Origin: an uncultured cyanobacterium
Lineage (GTDB): Bacteria; Cyanobacteriota; Cyanobacteriia; Cyanobacteriales; Nostocaceae
Length of the DNA: 64,000 nucleotides
Assembly (NCBI GenBank): GCA_963706595.1
Contig: OY970166.1
Span: forward strand, 5,280,001 to 5,344,000
Reading direction: 5' to 3'
Position 1 is the first letter of the stretch. The number at the start of each line of letters is the position of its first letter. Both the position numbers and the translations under genes were made by a program. The notes under the pieces are model-generated. The model saw nothing but the letters and a program-made list of their open reading frames with translations. It was not told where the DNA came from and did not search any database. Shown here piece by piece: positions 30,984 through 41,394 of the stretch.

Positions 30984-31373
30984 TTTTTCTCCAAATTTAA
31001 AATCTAGTTATACAGTCAGGATGAGAAGCAAACTCTTAATCTTTATGGAATGTTAATTGTTTATACTACAAGGAAACATTCCGAAGTTTTGTAAACTCCT
31101 TCACCAGCATCCGTTATTTATATTGCTACCACCACAGTAGTAATAATGATATTTAATTTAAGAGATGATGAAGAGGAGAATTGATAAACCTTTAACTGTG
31201 ATGTTGCGTTGGCCTTACAGTCATAGCGTTTAGCATCATCCATAATATTGGAATACTTCATTAAGTACCTGCAAATCTAGCTAATACTAATCATAGTTGG
31301 GTAGATATACTAGGTAAGCATCCCAATTTTTTAAGTCCAGTCTCATGGAATTCACTACTACACAGAAAAGACG

Positions 31374-31459
31374 TATAGCTTTTGTACCAGAGGGAAGGCT
31401 ACCTACGCGGGTTTCAAGTTCCTGGAGTCCGAGCAGGCTGACTTCGTTTGTATAGCCGC
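31374..31459. repeat. Degenerate copy of the palindromic element at 56582-56722
   Basis: Shared GGGAAGG..CCTACGCGGGTT...AGTCCG.GCAGGC.GACTTCGTTTGT.TAGCCGC. Confidence 0.6.
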
Positions 31460-31516
31460 TTAAACTATGTTAGATCATTGGTTCTTAATAAAAGTTTTAT
31501 CGGAGGGCGTTTATAG

Positions 31517-32473
31517 GTGAAGTTAGCACTAATTATATTTTTGGCGGTTGTGGGGTTATTTGTGGTGCTGGAAGTAGGATTGCGATCGCTCTTGGGTTTT
31601 GGTAATCCTTTGATTTATATTGGTGATCCGCAAATTGGTTATTTATTAGCCCCAAATCAACGCACTCGCCGTTTTGGTAATCGCATTGAAGTTAATCAGT
31701 ATTCTATGCGAAGCGCACCTGTGGAAAAAATACCCGCAGCTTCTACTCTCCGGGTGCTAATTATTGGCGATTCTATTGCTAATGGTGGTTGGTGGACAGA
31801 CCAGGATAATACAATATCCAATTTGATCAGCCTGGCTTTAAAAGCAAAAAATCTTAGTAATTACCAGGATATCGAAGTCTTAAATGCTTCGGCTAATTCT
31901 TGGGGACCGAGAAACGAATTAGCCTATTTACAACGATTTGGTAACTTTCAGGCTCAAGTAGTGGTGTTATTAATTAATACTGATGATTTATTTGGCACTG
32001 CACCGACTTCTTTACCTGTGGGACGCGATCGCAATTACCCAGACAAAAAACCTCCCTTAGCATTAGCAGAGGTATGGCAACGGTATATTATCAAACCAAA
32101 ACCCATCCCCGAAATGAAAGCCGTGCAGAAGGAAACAGGGGATATAGTGGGGATTAATTTAGAAGCCATTAGCCAAATTCAAGCATTCACTCGTCAAAAC
32201 AATAGCGAATTTTTGCTGCTGATGACTCCTTTATTACGAGAAATCGGTGAACCAGGTCCCCGTGACTACGAAATTAAAACTCGTCAAAGACTGATTTCGT
32301 TTACGCAAGCACAGCAAATTACGTATATAGATTTTTTACCTTTACTCAATGCACGTCCAGATCCAAAAGCCTTATATCAAGATCATATTCACTTCAACTT
32401 GCAAGGTAATCAGTTGATCAGTGAAGTTATAGAGCGATCGCTTCTTTTATTCCTGAATCCACAGACACGATAA
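31517..32473 (+). CDS. SGNH/GDSL hydrolase family protein
   Basis: IIGDSI, NTDD, DHIH motifs; N-terminal TM. Confidence 0.88.
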   Translation: MKLALIIFLAVVGLFVVLEVGLRSLLGFGNPLIYIGDPQIGYLLAPNQRTRRFGNRIEVNQYSMRSAPVEKIPAASTLRVLIIGDSIANGGWWTDQDNTISNLISLALKAKNLSNYQDIEVLNASANSWGPRNELAYLQRFGNFQAQVVVLLINTDDLFGTAPTSLPVGRDRNYPDKKPPLALAEVWQRYIIKPKPIPEMKAVQKETGDIVGINLEAISQIQAFTRQNNSEFLLLMTPLLREIGEPGPRDYEIKTRQRLISFTQAQQITYIDFLPLLNARPDPKALYQDHIHFNLQGNQLISEVIERSLLLFLNPQTR

Positions 32474-32712
32474 GTCACGTCTGTATAATTAAGTGCTGAG
32501 TGAGAAGAAGGGTTATTTGTCTCTAAGAGGATGTTTGAGAAGTTTTGGGCGAATATAATATGGCTACCACAGAGGCACAGAGGACACAGAGTCAAGAGGA
32601 TTTGAGAGATTTTTTGCGTTAAGTGGTTGAGTGTTTTTTTATTTGGAAGTCCCTTACTTAACAACCGTTCCTCTTCTCCCCTGCCCCCTGCCCCCTGCAC
32701 CCGTTCCTCTTC

Positions 32713-32747
32713 TCCCCACTCCCCACTCCCCACTCCCCACTCCCCAT
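32713..32747. repeat. STRR heptamer tract (TCCCCAC)n
   Basis: About five tandem units. Confidence 0.85.
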
Positions 32748-33769
32748 TAAAGCGCATCCATAAACTGCTGTACTTTTTGCAAGTGCGGCTGAGATTCGAT
32801 GGCTTTCGCTAAACTTTGAGCATTGTGGTAGTAAGATAGCGCTAACTTTTTGCGTTTAGTTTTAGCGTAAAAGTTACCCATATTCAGCAGCGTGGAAATT
32901 TCTCCCAGACAATCACCAATTTCTTGATAAATAGCGATCGCTTGCTCATAATATTTCATCGCCTGACGATTATTCGCCAACAGACTGTAGGTAAAACCAA
33001 GATTATGTAGGGTTGTCCCTTCACCTGCGCGATCCTTAATCGCCCGACGTGTTAATAAAACTTGATGGTAAAGTAACAGGGCTTTTTTCGGTTCTCCTAA
33101 GTCACCATACACAGAAGCAATATTATTTAAGGTAGTAGCTTCGCCCATCACATTCTTGACAGCTCGTTGAATTGGGAGCGCTGCTTGCAAAAATTCTAAA
33201 GCTTGTTCATACTGCCCTAAAGTGCTGTAAGCATAACCAATACCATTGAGGGTAGTTGCTTCACCAGAAAAATCTCCTAATGAGCGACGCATCGCCAAAA
33301 TTTGGGATTGTAGCAACAGCGATCGCTTGGGTTTGCCCAATTTGGTGTAAATTAGGGCAACATCATTGAGAGTAGAAACTTCGCCTTGAGTATCTTGCAA
33401 ATCTCTGAAGATGCGTAATGCTTGATCAAAATACTCCAGCGATCGCGATAATCGCCCCAAACGGCTGTAAGTAGAACCGAGATTGCTCAGTGCGATCGCT
33501 TCGGCTCGCCTGTTACCAAGTTCCGTCGCTACCAAACGGGCTTGCTGAAAACACTCTAACGCCTGTAAAGGTTGGCAACAACTCAAATGCGCTAAACCAA
33601 TATCATTCAATGTATGGCCTTCTCTGGCTCGGTCTGGAATGGCTCTGGCTAACTGTAAATTCTCACTGGCAAAATTGAGATATTCTTGAAACTGCCCCTG
33701 TTTATAGTAGCGGCTGGCTTCGTTACGGCGTTGTTCCCACTCGTGGACTTGATTAAAAGCTTGCGTCAT
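32747..33769 (-). CDS. Tetratricopeptide repeat protein
   Basis: Repeated GEATTLN.IG..Y..LG units. Confidence 0.9.
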   Translation of the reverse strand: MTQAFNQVHEWEQRRNEASRYYKQGQFQEYLNFASENLQLARAIPDRAREGHTLNDIGLAHLSCCQPLQALECFQQARLVATELGNRRAEAIALSNLGSTYSRLGRLSRSLEYFDQALRIFRDLQDTQGEVSTLNDVALIYTKLGKPKRSLLLQSQILAMRRSLGDFSGEATTLNGIGYAYSTLGQYEQALEFLQAALPIQRAVKNVMGEATTLNNIASVYGDLGEPKKALLLYHQVLLTRRAIKDRAGEGTTLHNLGFTYSLLANNRQAMKYYEQAIAIYQEIGDCLGEISTLLNMGNFYAKTKRKKLALSYYHNAQSLAKAIESQPHLQKVQQFMDAL

Positions 33770-33924
33770 CTGACCCCGGTTACACTCTGCGATGAATTGG
33801 CAAGTGATTTTTGGGAATGTACCCTTTGGAGGATTCCCAAGTTTAAGTTAATTGTTATATTCTACCTTGAGAGATAAAAAGTAAATAGAGTTTTAATAAA
33901 AAAATATATCTATAGATACTTGAC

Positions 33925-33990
33925 TGGGGAGTGGGGAGTAGGGAGTGGGGAGTAGGGAGTGGGGAATGGGGAATGGGGAGTGGGGAATGG
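33925..33990. repeat. STRR heptamer tract (TGGGGAG/TGGGGAA)n
   Basis: About nine tandem units. Confidence 0.85.
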
Positions 33991-34097
33991 TCCGTAAAGA
34001 ATTTTGGATTTGCGTTAGCGAAGCGTACGCAGCGCAGCGAGTATTTTAGATTGCAGTCTAATCCAAAATCTAAAATCTAAAATCTAAAATTGATTGA

Positions 34098-34688
34098 CTA
34101 ATAACGAATCCAGAGAGCTAACCCACCCCCACGACCACGAGCCGCAATAAAATCTTCTGTCACCACAAAGAAAGCAAAAAAAGGTAATTTAGCTATAGGC
34201 TGCTCATAAAAATCCTCAGTTGGAGCCTTACCAGAGCGAATCTGCTTGTTGTAGAGAATACGACCAAACAAACACAAAAGCAGATAATTAAAGTCAAAAG
34301 CCAATATATTTTTCTTGCCTAAATATTGTGCTGGTCCCGTCAGCTGCAACAACAACGGTCCCAATTGTACCTGATTACCAATTTCGCCTTTAGTTGAATC
34401 CTGGTCTAAAGAAGCACTAAAAGAAATCTGGATAGCTACAAATTTTGGCACATACAAACCCTTCCCTAAGATAATTCCACCTCGTTTTCGAGCTTTTTTA
34501 GTTCCAGTAGCAAAGCAAAGTTGCCATTTGCCCAGCAGCGCTTCAAAGGGATAAGTCAGGCGTTCCTGTTTGGCAGCTTTTTCAGCTTCTAATAAGGCAT
34601 TTACAAGTGTTTGGGCTGTGGGACGCGCGCCCCCTTGTCCGCGATATGCAGCCACTGCTTGAGATAGGGTAGATGTGAAATCAGTCAT
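34098..34688 (-). CDS. Conserved hypothetical protein (PAP/fibrillin-like)
   Basis: LLGKWQLCFATG, ARGRGGGLALW. Confidence 0.7.
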   Translation of the reverse strand: MTDFTSTLSQAVAAYRGQGGARPTAQTLVNALLEAEKAAKQERLTYPFEALLGKWQLCFATGTKKARKRGGIILGKGLYVPKFVAIQISFSASLDQDSTKGEIGNQVQLGPLLLQLTGPAQYLGKKNILAFDFNYLLLCLFGRILYNKQIRSGKAPTEDFYEQPIAKLPFFAFFVVTEDFIAARGRGGGLALWIRY

Positions 34689-34866
34689 TTAGTATATTTC
34701 TATGAAGTATTTTTTAAATAGCTTGAAATTATAGCACAATAGAATAACAAGTTTTCTCAAAATCTCGGTTGCTGGTAACTCAACAAGATTGTCTTTGGTG
34801 TGGTTTAAGTAGGGTGCAAAACTTATAACTCAACTGGCTGACCTGTAGACGTTGCGAGGTGACAAT

Positions 34867-35424
34867 ATGGATGCTAACAAAATCCTGAATCTTTATGCAG
34901 CAGGAGAACGCACATTTAATCGAGCCAATTTACATCAAATAAATCTTTCTGCTGTTAACTTGAGCGGTGCTAACTTTACTGAAGCTGACTTGAGTGGTGC
35001 TAACCTGACTCAAGCCGATTTGAGTGGATGTAACTTTAGTCGGGCAAATCTGACTGATGCTGACCTGAGTGGTGCAAACTTGAAGAGTGCAAACTTGAGT
35101 GAAGTCAACTTGATTGGCGCTGACCTGATTAGAGTTAATCTAGAGGAGACTAACTTGAGTCGTGCAGACTTGCGGAGTGCAAATTTAGAAATTGCCAACT
35201 TGGTAGATGCAAACTTGAGTGAAGCCGAAATGAGTGGCGCAAATTTCAGAAATGCTAATCTGAGAAAGGCTAATTTAATTGCTTGCAATATCAATGAAGC
35301 AGAACTCAATGGTGCAGATTTAACAGGAGCAATTATCACTGAGCCAGAAAAATGTGAAGAAATCTTGCATATAGGAATATCTCATAAATGGGTAACATGG
35401 GCTGGCAGTTATTCCTATTCTTAG
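34867..35424 (+). CDS. Pentapeptide repeat protein
   Basis: A(N/D)LxX tandem pentapeptides. Confidence 0.93.
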   Translation: MDANKILNLYAAGERTFNRANLHQINLSAVNLSGANFTEADLSGANLTQADLSGCNFSRANLTDADLSGANLKSANLSEVNLIGADLIRVNLEETNLSRADLRSANLEIANLVDANLSEAEMSGANFRNANLRKANLIACNINEAELNGADLTGAIITEPEKCEEILHIGISHKWVTWAGSYSYS

Positions 35425-35476
35425 CAGTGCGGAATTCATCGAAGAACCTCACCTCCAACCCCTCTCCTTAGCAAGG

Positions 35477-35621
35477 CTATCGTGTACACACAAGTCTTAT
35501 TAATTTGCCTAACAGCGTTTCGATCCCCCCTAACCCCCCTTTATCAGGTGGAAAAATTTCTTAAAGTCCCCCTTTATCAGGGGGATTTAGGGGGATCAGA
35601 TCACTTGTGTGTACACCGTAG
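35477..35621. mobile_element. 145-bp MITE with 19-bp TIRs and 11-bp flanking direct repeat
   Basis: CTATCGTGTACACACAAGT / ACTTGTGTGTACACCGTAG (17 of 19 paired); CCTTAGCAAGG at 35466-35476 and 35622-35632. Confidence 0.85.
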
Positions 35622-35701
35622 CCTTAGCAAGGAGAGGGGAGAATTTTAGATAAGTTCCAGAAGGGGCGAGGTAAAAAACCAGATTTGCAATGCTAGAAAT
35701 C

Positions 35702-36058
35702 CTAATAAACTAACGGTGCTATACCGCGCATTTGACGCAAAGCATTTATACACTGTGGACAGTCACAGTTAAATAACTTAACGGCCATATCACTTTCTTC
35801 AATATTAAAGGCTAGCAAGTTATCTTCATTTTCACCAGCCAACTCAACTCCCGGTTTATACTCAGGAATTTGAGCCAATACGGAAGCTCTAGCACACACT
35901 GGCTTCCATATATGTTGATTCTGGACACAGGTTAGTTTATCTGTATTATTTGCTTCTGTGTCGGCCGCTTGTGCTTGGTTAGCCATTGCTCCCATAGAGA
36001 GAATAGAACTAACTAGCATGGGAGTGGAAAGCAAACTAAGTATCGTTTTTTTGTTCAT
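35702..36058 (-). CDS. Small exported Cys-containing hypothetical protein
   Basis: Signal peptide; FNCDCPQCINALRQMRG C-terminus. Confidence 0.75.
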   Translation of the reverse strand: MNKKTILSLLSTPMLVSSILSMGAMANQAQAADTEANNTDKLTCVQNQHIWKPVCARASVLAQIPEYKPGVELAGENEDNLLAFNIEESDMAVKLFNCDCPQCINALRQMRGIAPLVY

Positions 36059-36130
36059 GAGGTTTCCTTTTAAAACAATCCTGATTGCCCAGATTATCCG
36101 ATTACATCTTACGATTCAAGTAAATGTCAA

Positions 36131-37579
36131 TCAGGAATGCCAACGAGTTGTACCATCTGATTGATCGATTAAAGTAATGCCAAGTTCCTGTAATTCATGG
36201 CGAATGCGATCGCTTGCGGCAAAATTCTTGGTTTTACGGGCTGTTTGTCGCTGCTGAATCAAAGTTTCAATTTCCTCTTCATTTAACCCGCTAGGGTTGA
36301 CGCTGGGGGCTTCTGGTTGAGCTTCCAGTCCTAAGACTTGAGCTAAATTCACCAGAGTTTGCCATTGCTGCTGAATTTGTGCTGGGGGACTGTCTGTTTT
36401 GCCTTCGTGAGTCAATAAATTACTTTGACGGCGTAATTCCTTAGCCAGTTCAAATACAACTGCTAATGCTCCTGGCGTGTTAAAGTCATCATCCATCGCC
36501 GCTTGAAAACTCTCAATGTAAGGACTATTCCCACTCCCCCGGTTACTGAGCGGAGTCGAAGTAACTCCCCACTCCCTAAAACCAAACAGTAAACCTTCTT
36601 TTACAGTCTTCCAAGCGTTTTCTGCCGAGGCGATCGCATCCGATGTAAAATCTAAAGGTCGGCGATAATGTCCTTGTAAAATAAACAATCTCACCACCAT
36701 CGGGTCAATCCCTTGATCCAATAACTCGCGAATTGTGGTAAAATTGCCTAAAGACTTAGACATTTTCTCACCGTTCACAGTTACCATGCCATTGTGTATC
36801 CAGTAACGCGCCAAAGGTTTACCAGTAACCACTTCTGATTGAGCGATTTCATTCTCATGGTGAGGAAAGACCAAATCACCACCACCGCCATGAATATCAA
36901 TAGTATCGCCCAGTATTGATCTGACCATTGCTGAACATTCAATGTGCCATCCTGGACGACCAGCACCCCAAGGCGAATCCCATGCTGGTTCCCCTGGTTT
37001 AGCGGCTTTCCACAAGGCAAAATCCGCCGAGTTTTGTTTTTTCTGTGCTGATGAATCTTCGACATCTACTCGACCACTAGCCCCGGCCTGCATATCTTCT
37101 GCAACGCGCCCGGAGAGTTTGCCATATTCGGAGAAGTTACGCACATTGTAATAAACATCGCCATTGGCGGCGTAGGCGTAACCTCTTTTTTCTAATTCCT
37201 GAATTAATTGATGGATGCTGCTGATATGTTCAGTTACACGGGGATATGCTGACGCATCTATGACATTTAAGCGTCTGATATCCTCAAAATAAGCATCTAT
37301 ATAGCGCTGAGAAACTTCCTGCATCGAAGTTCCTTCTAAATTGGCGCGGTTGAGAATTTTATCGTCAATGTCGGTAAAGTTCTGCACGTATTCAATTTCA
37401 TATCCTAGCCACTGAAAATAGCGCCGGACTACATCCCAACCTATATAAGAACGCGCATGACCCAGATGACAGTAATCGTACACCGTGACACCACAGCAAT
37501 ACATTTTCACCTTACCTGGTTCTTGCGGTTGGAAGGCTTCTTTTCGACGGGTGAGGGTATTGTAGATTGTCAGGGTCAT
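36131..37579 (-). CDS. cysS: Cysteine--tRNA ligase
   Basis: CGVTVYD, HLGH, GRPGWHIECS, FPHHENE, KMSKS. Confidence 0.97.
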   Translation of the reverse strand: MTLTIYNTLTRRKEAFQPQEPGKVKMYCCGVTVYDYCHLGHARSYIGWDVVRRYFQWLGYEIEYVQNFTDIDDKILNRANLEGTSMQEVSQRYIDAYFEDIRRLNVIDASAYPRVTEHISSIHQLIQELEKRGYAYAANGDVYYNVRNFSEYGKLSGRVAEDMQAGASGRVDVEDSSAQKKQNSADFALWKAAKPGEPAWDSPWGAGRPGWHIECSAMVRSILGDTIDIHGGGGDLVFPHHENEIAQSEVVTGKPLARYWIHNGMVTVNGEKMSKSLGNFTTIRELLDQGIDPMVVRLFILQGHYRRPLDFTSDAIASAENAWKTVKEGLLFGFREWGVTSTPLSNRGSGNSPYIESFQAAMDDDFNTPGALAVVFELAKELRRQSNLLTHEGKTDSPPAQIQQQWQTLVNLAQVLGLEAQPEAPSVNPSGLNEEEIETLIQQRQTARKTKNFAASDRIRHELQELGITLIDQSDGTTRWHS

Positions 37580-37631
37580 CAGTTATCAGTTATCAGTTAT
37601 CAGTTATCAGTTATCAGTTATCAGTTATCAG
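37580..37631. repeat. STRR heptamer tract (CAGTTAT)x7 overlapping the hisI 3' end
   Basis: Seven exact tandem copies. Confidence 0.9.
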
Positions 37632-37943
37632 GACGGAATTGAAAAAACAGCTTCTTGCACCAGTATGACAAGCGATGTCGCCAATTTGCTCGACTTTAAT
37701 CAAGATTGTGTCGCCGTCGCAGTCGTAAAATAATTCTTTGACTTTTTGAATGTGTCCAGATGTCGCGCCTTTATGCCACAGTTCGGAACGTGAACGACTC
37801 CAGTAATGGGCTTCCCCGGTGGCTAGGGTTTGTTCGATGGATTGCTGATTCATCCATGCCATCATTAACACTGTGCCATCTTTATGGTCTTGGGCGATCG
37901 CTGGAATCAAACCTTGATGATTAAACTGTAATTCTGAAATCAT
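37614..37943 (-). CDS. hisI: Phosphoribosyl-AMP cyclohydrolase
   Basis: [30 protein letters not shown]. Confidence 0.95.
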   Translation of the reverse strand: MISELQFNHQGLIPAIAQDHKDGTVLMMAWMNQQSIEQTLATGEAHYWSRSRSELWHKGATSGHIQKVKELFYDCDGDTILIKVEQIGDIACHTGARSCFFNSVLITDN

Positions 37944-38115
37944 AATTTCGCTTCTTGTTTAATTTTAAACTCATGCAACACTAGAATTTTTTAGTATATT
38001 TTATGACTTATAGTTAATTTGTAACTTCTAATTTATTTATTAAAGTAGAGACAAGAATTGTCCCATCTCTACATCTAAATCAAGAGCTAGATAGATTTAG
38101 CTCTATGATATCGAT

Positions 38116-38766
38116 TTAATGAAAGTTAGCATTGTGACGGATCAAATTCATAAATTCTGTGCGAGTTTTGGAATCTTCTGCAAAAACTCCACGCATGGCA
38201 CTACTCACAGTCCAAGAACCGGGCTTCTGCACACCACGCATGACCATACACATGTGGGTTGCTTCCACAACGACTGCTACACCTTGGGGTTTGAGTAAAT
38301 TTTGCAATGCGTCAGCAATTTGGGTTGTGAGACGTTCTTGGACTTGCAAACGTCGTCCATACATTTCACAAATCCGGGCAATTTTCGATAAACCGATGAC
38401 TTTACCGTTGGGAATATAGGCAACATGAGCGCGGCCGATAATTGGCAGGATATGATGCTCACAGGAACTGAAAATATCGATGTCCCGAACCAACACCATT
38501 TCATTGGCATCTTCTGTAAACACTGCTCCATTTAGCAGTTCATCCAATGAATCAGTGTATCCCTTTGTGAGAAACTGCAAGGCTTTCATGACTCTTTTGG
38601 GAGTGTCTTTGAGTCCTTCGCGGTCTGGATCTTCTCCTAATCCAATCAACAAAGTCCGCACAGCCTGCATCATTTCTGCTTCTGTTACTTTTGGCTGCTT
38701 TTGAGCAGTTAAAGACGATAGTACCTGATCGGCAGAAGTTAGATCGGGACGAATCGATAAAGTCAT
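38116..38766 (-). CDS. folE: GTP cyclohydrolase I
   Basis: [28 protein letters not shown]. Confidence 0.96.
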   Translation of the reverse strand: MTLSIRPDLTSADQVLSSLTAQKQPKVTEAEMMQAVRTLLIGLGEDPDREGLKDTPKRVMKALQFLTKGYTDSLDELLNGAVFTEDANEMVLVRDIDIFSSCEHHILPIIGRAHVAYIPNGKVIGLSKIARICEMYGRRLQVQERLTTQIADALQNLLKPQGVAVVVEATHMCMVMRGVQKPGSWTVSSAMRGVFAEDSKTRTEFMNLIRHNANFH

Positions 38767-38884
38767 TTTTTGAGTTTTATTAGGAATGTTTTGCTGAATT
38801 AGTCAGTTGTGAGATTTCGGTGGTCATTGACCTCTGACTACCCCTGACTAATTAATGAGTGTAACATAACTTTACACGTTCTCA

Positions 38885-39931
38885 TCATACCAAACATTTA
38901 TGCAAATGAGTGTGAATTTCACTGGTTTTCAAGTTTCTGCCAATAAAAACTAGCTGATTTTTTGGTGGAGAATACCAATCATCGGCGTGTAAATTGTAAC
39001 GGGGTCCACTAAGTTGAAAGATATGACGCAGATCACTGTCATTAAACCAAAGTATGCCTTTTGCACGAAATACTCCAGCTGGCATTTCTTCGGTGAGGAA
39101 GGCTTCAAACTTGTGGACATCAAAAGGGCGATCGCTTTGAAAGGAAATAGAGATAAAGCCATCATTATCTAAGTGATCTGAGTGATGGTGATGATGTTCG
39201 TGTTCGTGATGGTGTTCATGATCATGATGATGGTCTTCATGCTCCTTCTGGGCATCCGCCTCGGCAATAGAGATATACTCTTGCTGGGGTGTTAGCTGCG
39301 TGTCCAAAATCAATGGTAAAGGAACTTCCCCATATTGGGTGTGCAGAATCTTCGCACCCACTTTCACTTCCTTAATGTAGGTTTCAACTGCTGTGATTTT
39401 TTCTGGAGTAGCAAGATCAACTTTATTCAGGAGAATTATATCTCCATAAGTTATCTGTTTTAAAGCCGATTCACTCTCAAAATGTTCCGCATCAAAAGCT
39501 TCTACATCTACCAAAGTAATAATAGAATCAAGATTGGTTAAATCTCTGAGTTCTGTGCCTAAAAATGTTAAGATAATTGGTAATGGGTCAGCCACACCTG
39601 TAGTTTCAATTACGAGATAATCAATGCGGTCTTCTCTTTCTAATATGCGATAGACAGCATCAACCAAGCCATCATTGATAGTACAACAAATACAACCATT
39701 GCTGAGTTCCATCATGTCTTGGTCTACAGAAACTAGCAATTGGCTATCTATGTTAATATCGCCAAATTCATTAACTAGGACAGCAACTTTTAAATTTTCT
39801 TTGTTTTTCAGTATTTGATTGAGAAGGGTGGTTTTCCCACTTCCTAAAAATCCGGTAATTAGAGTTACTGGCATTCCTCTTTTAGGAATCTCTGGTATGA
39901 TTTCGATTTGTGATGGTGTGAGAGTAGTCAT
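38885..39931 (-). CDS. COG0523/CobW-family zinc metallochaperone GTPase
   Basis: GFLGSGKT, GCICC, ETTG, NKVD, His-rich linker. Confidence 0.93.
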   Translation of the reverse strand: MTTLTPSQIEIIPEIPKRGMPVTLITGFLGSGKTTLLNQILKNKENLKVAVLVNEFGDINIDSQLLVSVDQDMMELSNGCICCTINDGLVDAVYRILEREDRIDYLVIETTGVADPLPIILTFLGTELRDLTNLDSIITLVDVEAFDAEHFESESALKQITYGDIILLNKVDLATPEKITAVETYIKEVKVGAKILHTQYGEVPLPLILDTQLTPQQEYISIAEADAQKEHEDHHHDHEHHHEHEHHHHHSDHLDNDGFISISFQSDRPFDVHKFEAFLTEEMPAGVFRAKGILWFNDSDLRHIFQLSGPRYNLHADDWYSPPKNQLVFIGRNLKTSEIHTHLHKCLV

Positions 39932-40003
39932 ATTACATCCTATTTTTATGAGTGACGAACCGCCAAGTCGCCAAGGTCGCCAAGGAAGAAGAGTTGAGGG
40001 TTT

Positions 40004-41248
40004 TTAGATTGGTTGTTTGGTGGCGATCGCCTCCTGCAAACGTGATAAAATTTCATCGGTGGTTAGTACACCTAAATCACCATTTTGCCGAGTCCGAATA
40101 CTCAAACTTTGGTTCTCCACCTCTTTCTTCCCAATCACAGCGACAACAGGAATCTTTGCTAATTCGGCTGTACGAATTTGTTTACCTAATCGTTCACCAC
40201 TATTATCTACTTCCACCCGAATCCCGGCTTTCTTGAAAATAGCAGATACAGATTTAGCATATTCGCGCACGTCATCACTAACAGGTAATAACCTGATTTG
40301 CACTGGTGCTAACCATAAAGGAAAATCACCTGCATAGTTTTCAATTAAAATGCCAAAAAAGCGCTCTAAAGAACCAAATATCGCCCGATGAATCATAATT
40401 GGTCTTTGGCGATCGCCTTCGGAAGCAACATACTCCATATTAAAGCGTTCCGGCAAGTTAAAATCAACTTGAATAGTGGAACATTGCCAACTCCGACCAA
40501 TAGCATCTTTAATTTTAATGTCGATTTTAGGTCCATAAAAAGCCCCACCACCAGCATCAATAATATAATTCCAACCTTTGGTATTTAATGCTTCTTTAAG
40601 TGCCGCAGTGGCTAACTCCCAAACCTGATCATTTCCCACTGATTTCTCAGGACGAGTAGATAAATTAACTTCGTAATCAGTAAAGCCAAAATCTGACAAA
40701 ATTTGTTCAGTCAGGTTTAAAACACCGAGAATTTCCGGCGCAATTTGTGCGGGTAAACAGAAAATATGAGCATCATCTTGAGTGAAACCCCGCACCCGCA
40801 TCAAACCGTGTAAAGCCCCAGAACGTTCATAGCGGTAAACAGTTCCCAGTTCACACACCCGAATCGGTAACTCTCTATATGAGTGCAGTTCATGCTTATA
40901 GGTGAGAACGTGGAAAGGACAATTCATCGGCTTGAGTTGATACGCTTGTTGTTCCACATCGATGGAATCAAACATATTTTCTCGATAAAAATCAAAGTGT
41001 CCCGATGTTTTCCACAATTCTAAATTAGCAACATGGGGAGTGTATAATAATTGATAATCAGCTTCAAGGTGCGATCGCTTCCAATAGTCTTCAATAATAT
41101 GGCGAATTTGCGCTCCTTTAGGATGCCAAAATACCAAACCACCGCCAGCATCCTCTTGAATACTGAACGCGCAAGTGTGACGAAGCCGTGCAAGCTTTTC
41201 CTCCTGCTGTTGCAAATTCCCCTGGGACTGAATAACAGAACTAACCAT
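40004..41248 (-). CDS. thrS: Threonine--tRNA ligase, low-zinc paralogue, editing domain deleted
   Basis: [32 protein letters not shown] and anticodon-binding domain present; RHTCA joined directly to [10 protein letters not shown]. Confidence 0.9.
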   Translation of the reverse strand: MVSSVIQSQGNLQQQEEKLARLRHTCAFSIQEDAGGGLVFWHPKGAQIRHIIEDYWKRSHLEADYQLLYTPHVANLELWKTSGHFDFYRENMFDSIDVEQQAYQLKPMNCPFHVLTYKHELHSYRELPIRVCELGTVYRYERSGALHGLMRVRGFTQDDAHIFCLPAQIAPEILGVLNLTEQILSDFGFTDYEVNLSTRPEKSVGNDQVWELATAALKEALNTKGWNYIIDAGGGAFYGPKIDIKIKDAIGRSWQCSTIQVDFNLPERFNMEYVASEGDRQRPIMIHRAIFGSLERFFGILIENYAGDFPLWLAPVQIRLLPVSDDVREYAKSVSAIFKKAGIRVEVDNSGERLGKQIRTAELAKIPVVAVIGKKEVENQSLSIRTRQNGDLGVLTTDEILSRLQEAIATKQPI

Positions 41249-41265
41249 AATCAATCATAAAATAA

Positions 41266-41280
41266 TGAGAATCGTTATCA
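41266..41280 (-). promoter_or_regulatory. Zur box
   Basis: TGATAACGATTCTCA vs cyanobacterial Zur consensus TGATAATnATTATCA, directly upstream of the thrS-COG0523 operon. Confidence 0.75.
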
Positions 41281-41394
41281 TAATAGCGCAAAAGAAACCC
41301 ATTGCCAAAAATACCTTTCCTCTTCTTTCCACCTTTGCGTCTTTGCGCCTAACGCACTTCGTGCTTCGCTTCGCTGATGCGTGACACTAATTTC

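Noticed and set aside
32410..32812. ORFs 32410-32757 and 32627-32812
   Set aside because: Built from STRR and IS-end-like repeats (GEWGVGSGEW, PHSPLPTPHSP); not credible proteins.
37580..37631. Heptamer tandem tracts (also 32713, 33925, ~34065, ~46684) as CRISPR or novel repeats
   Set aside because: Ordinary Nostocales STRR elements without spacers.
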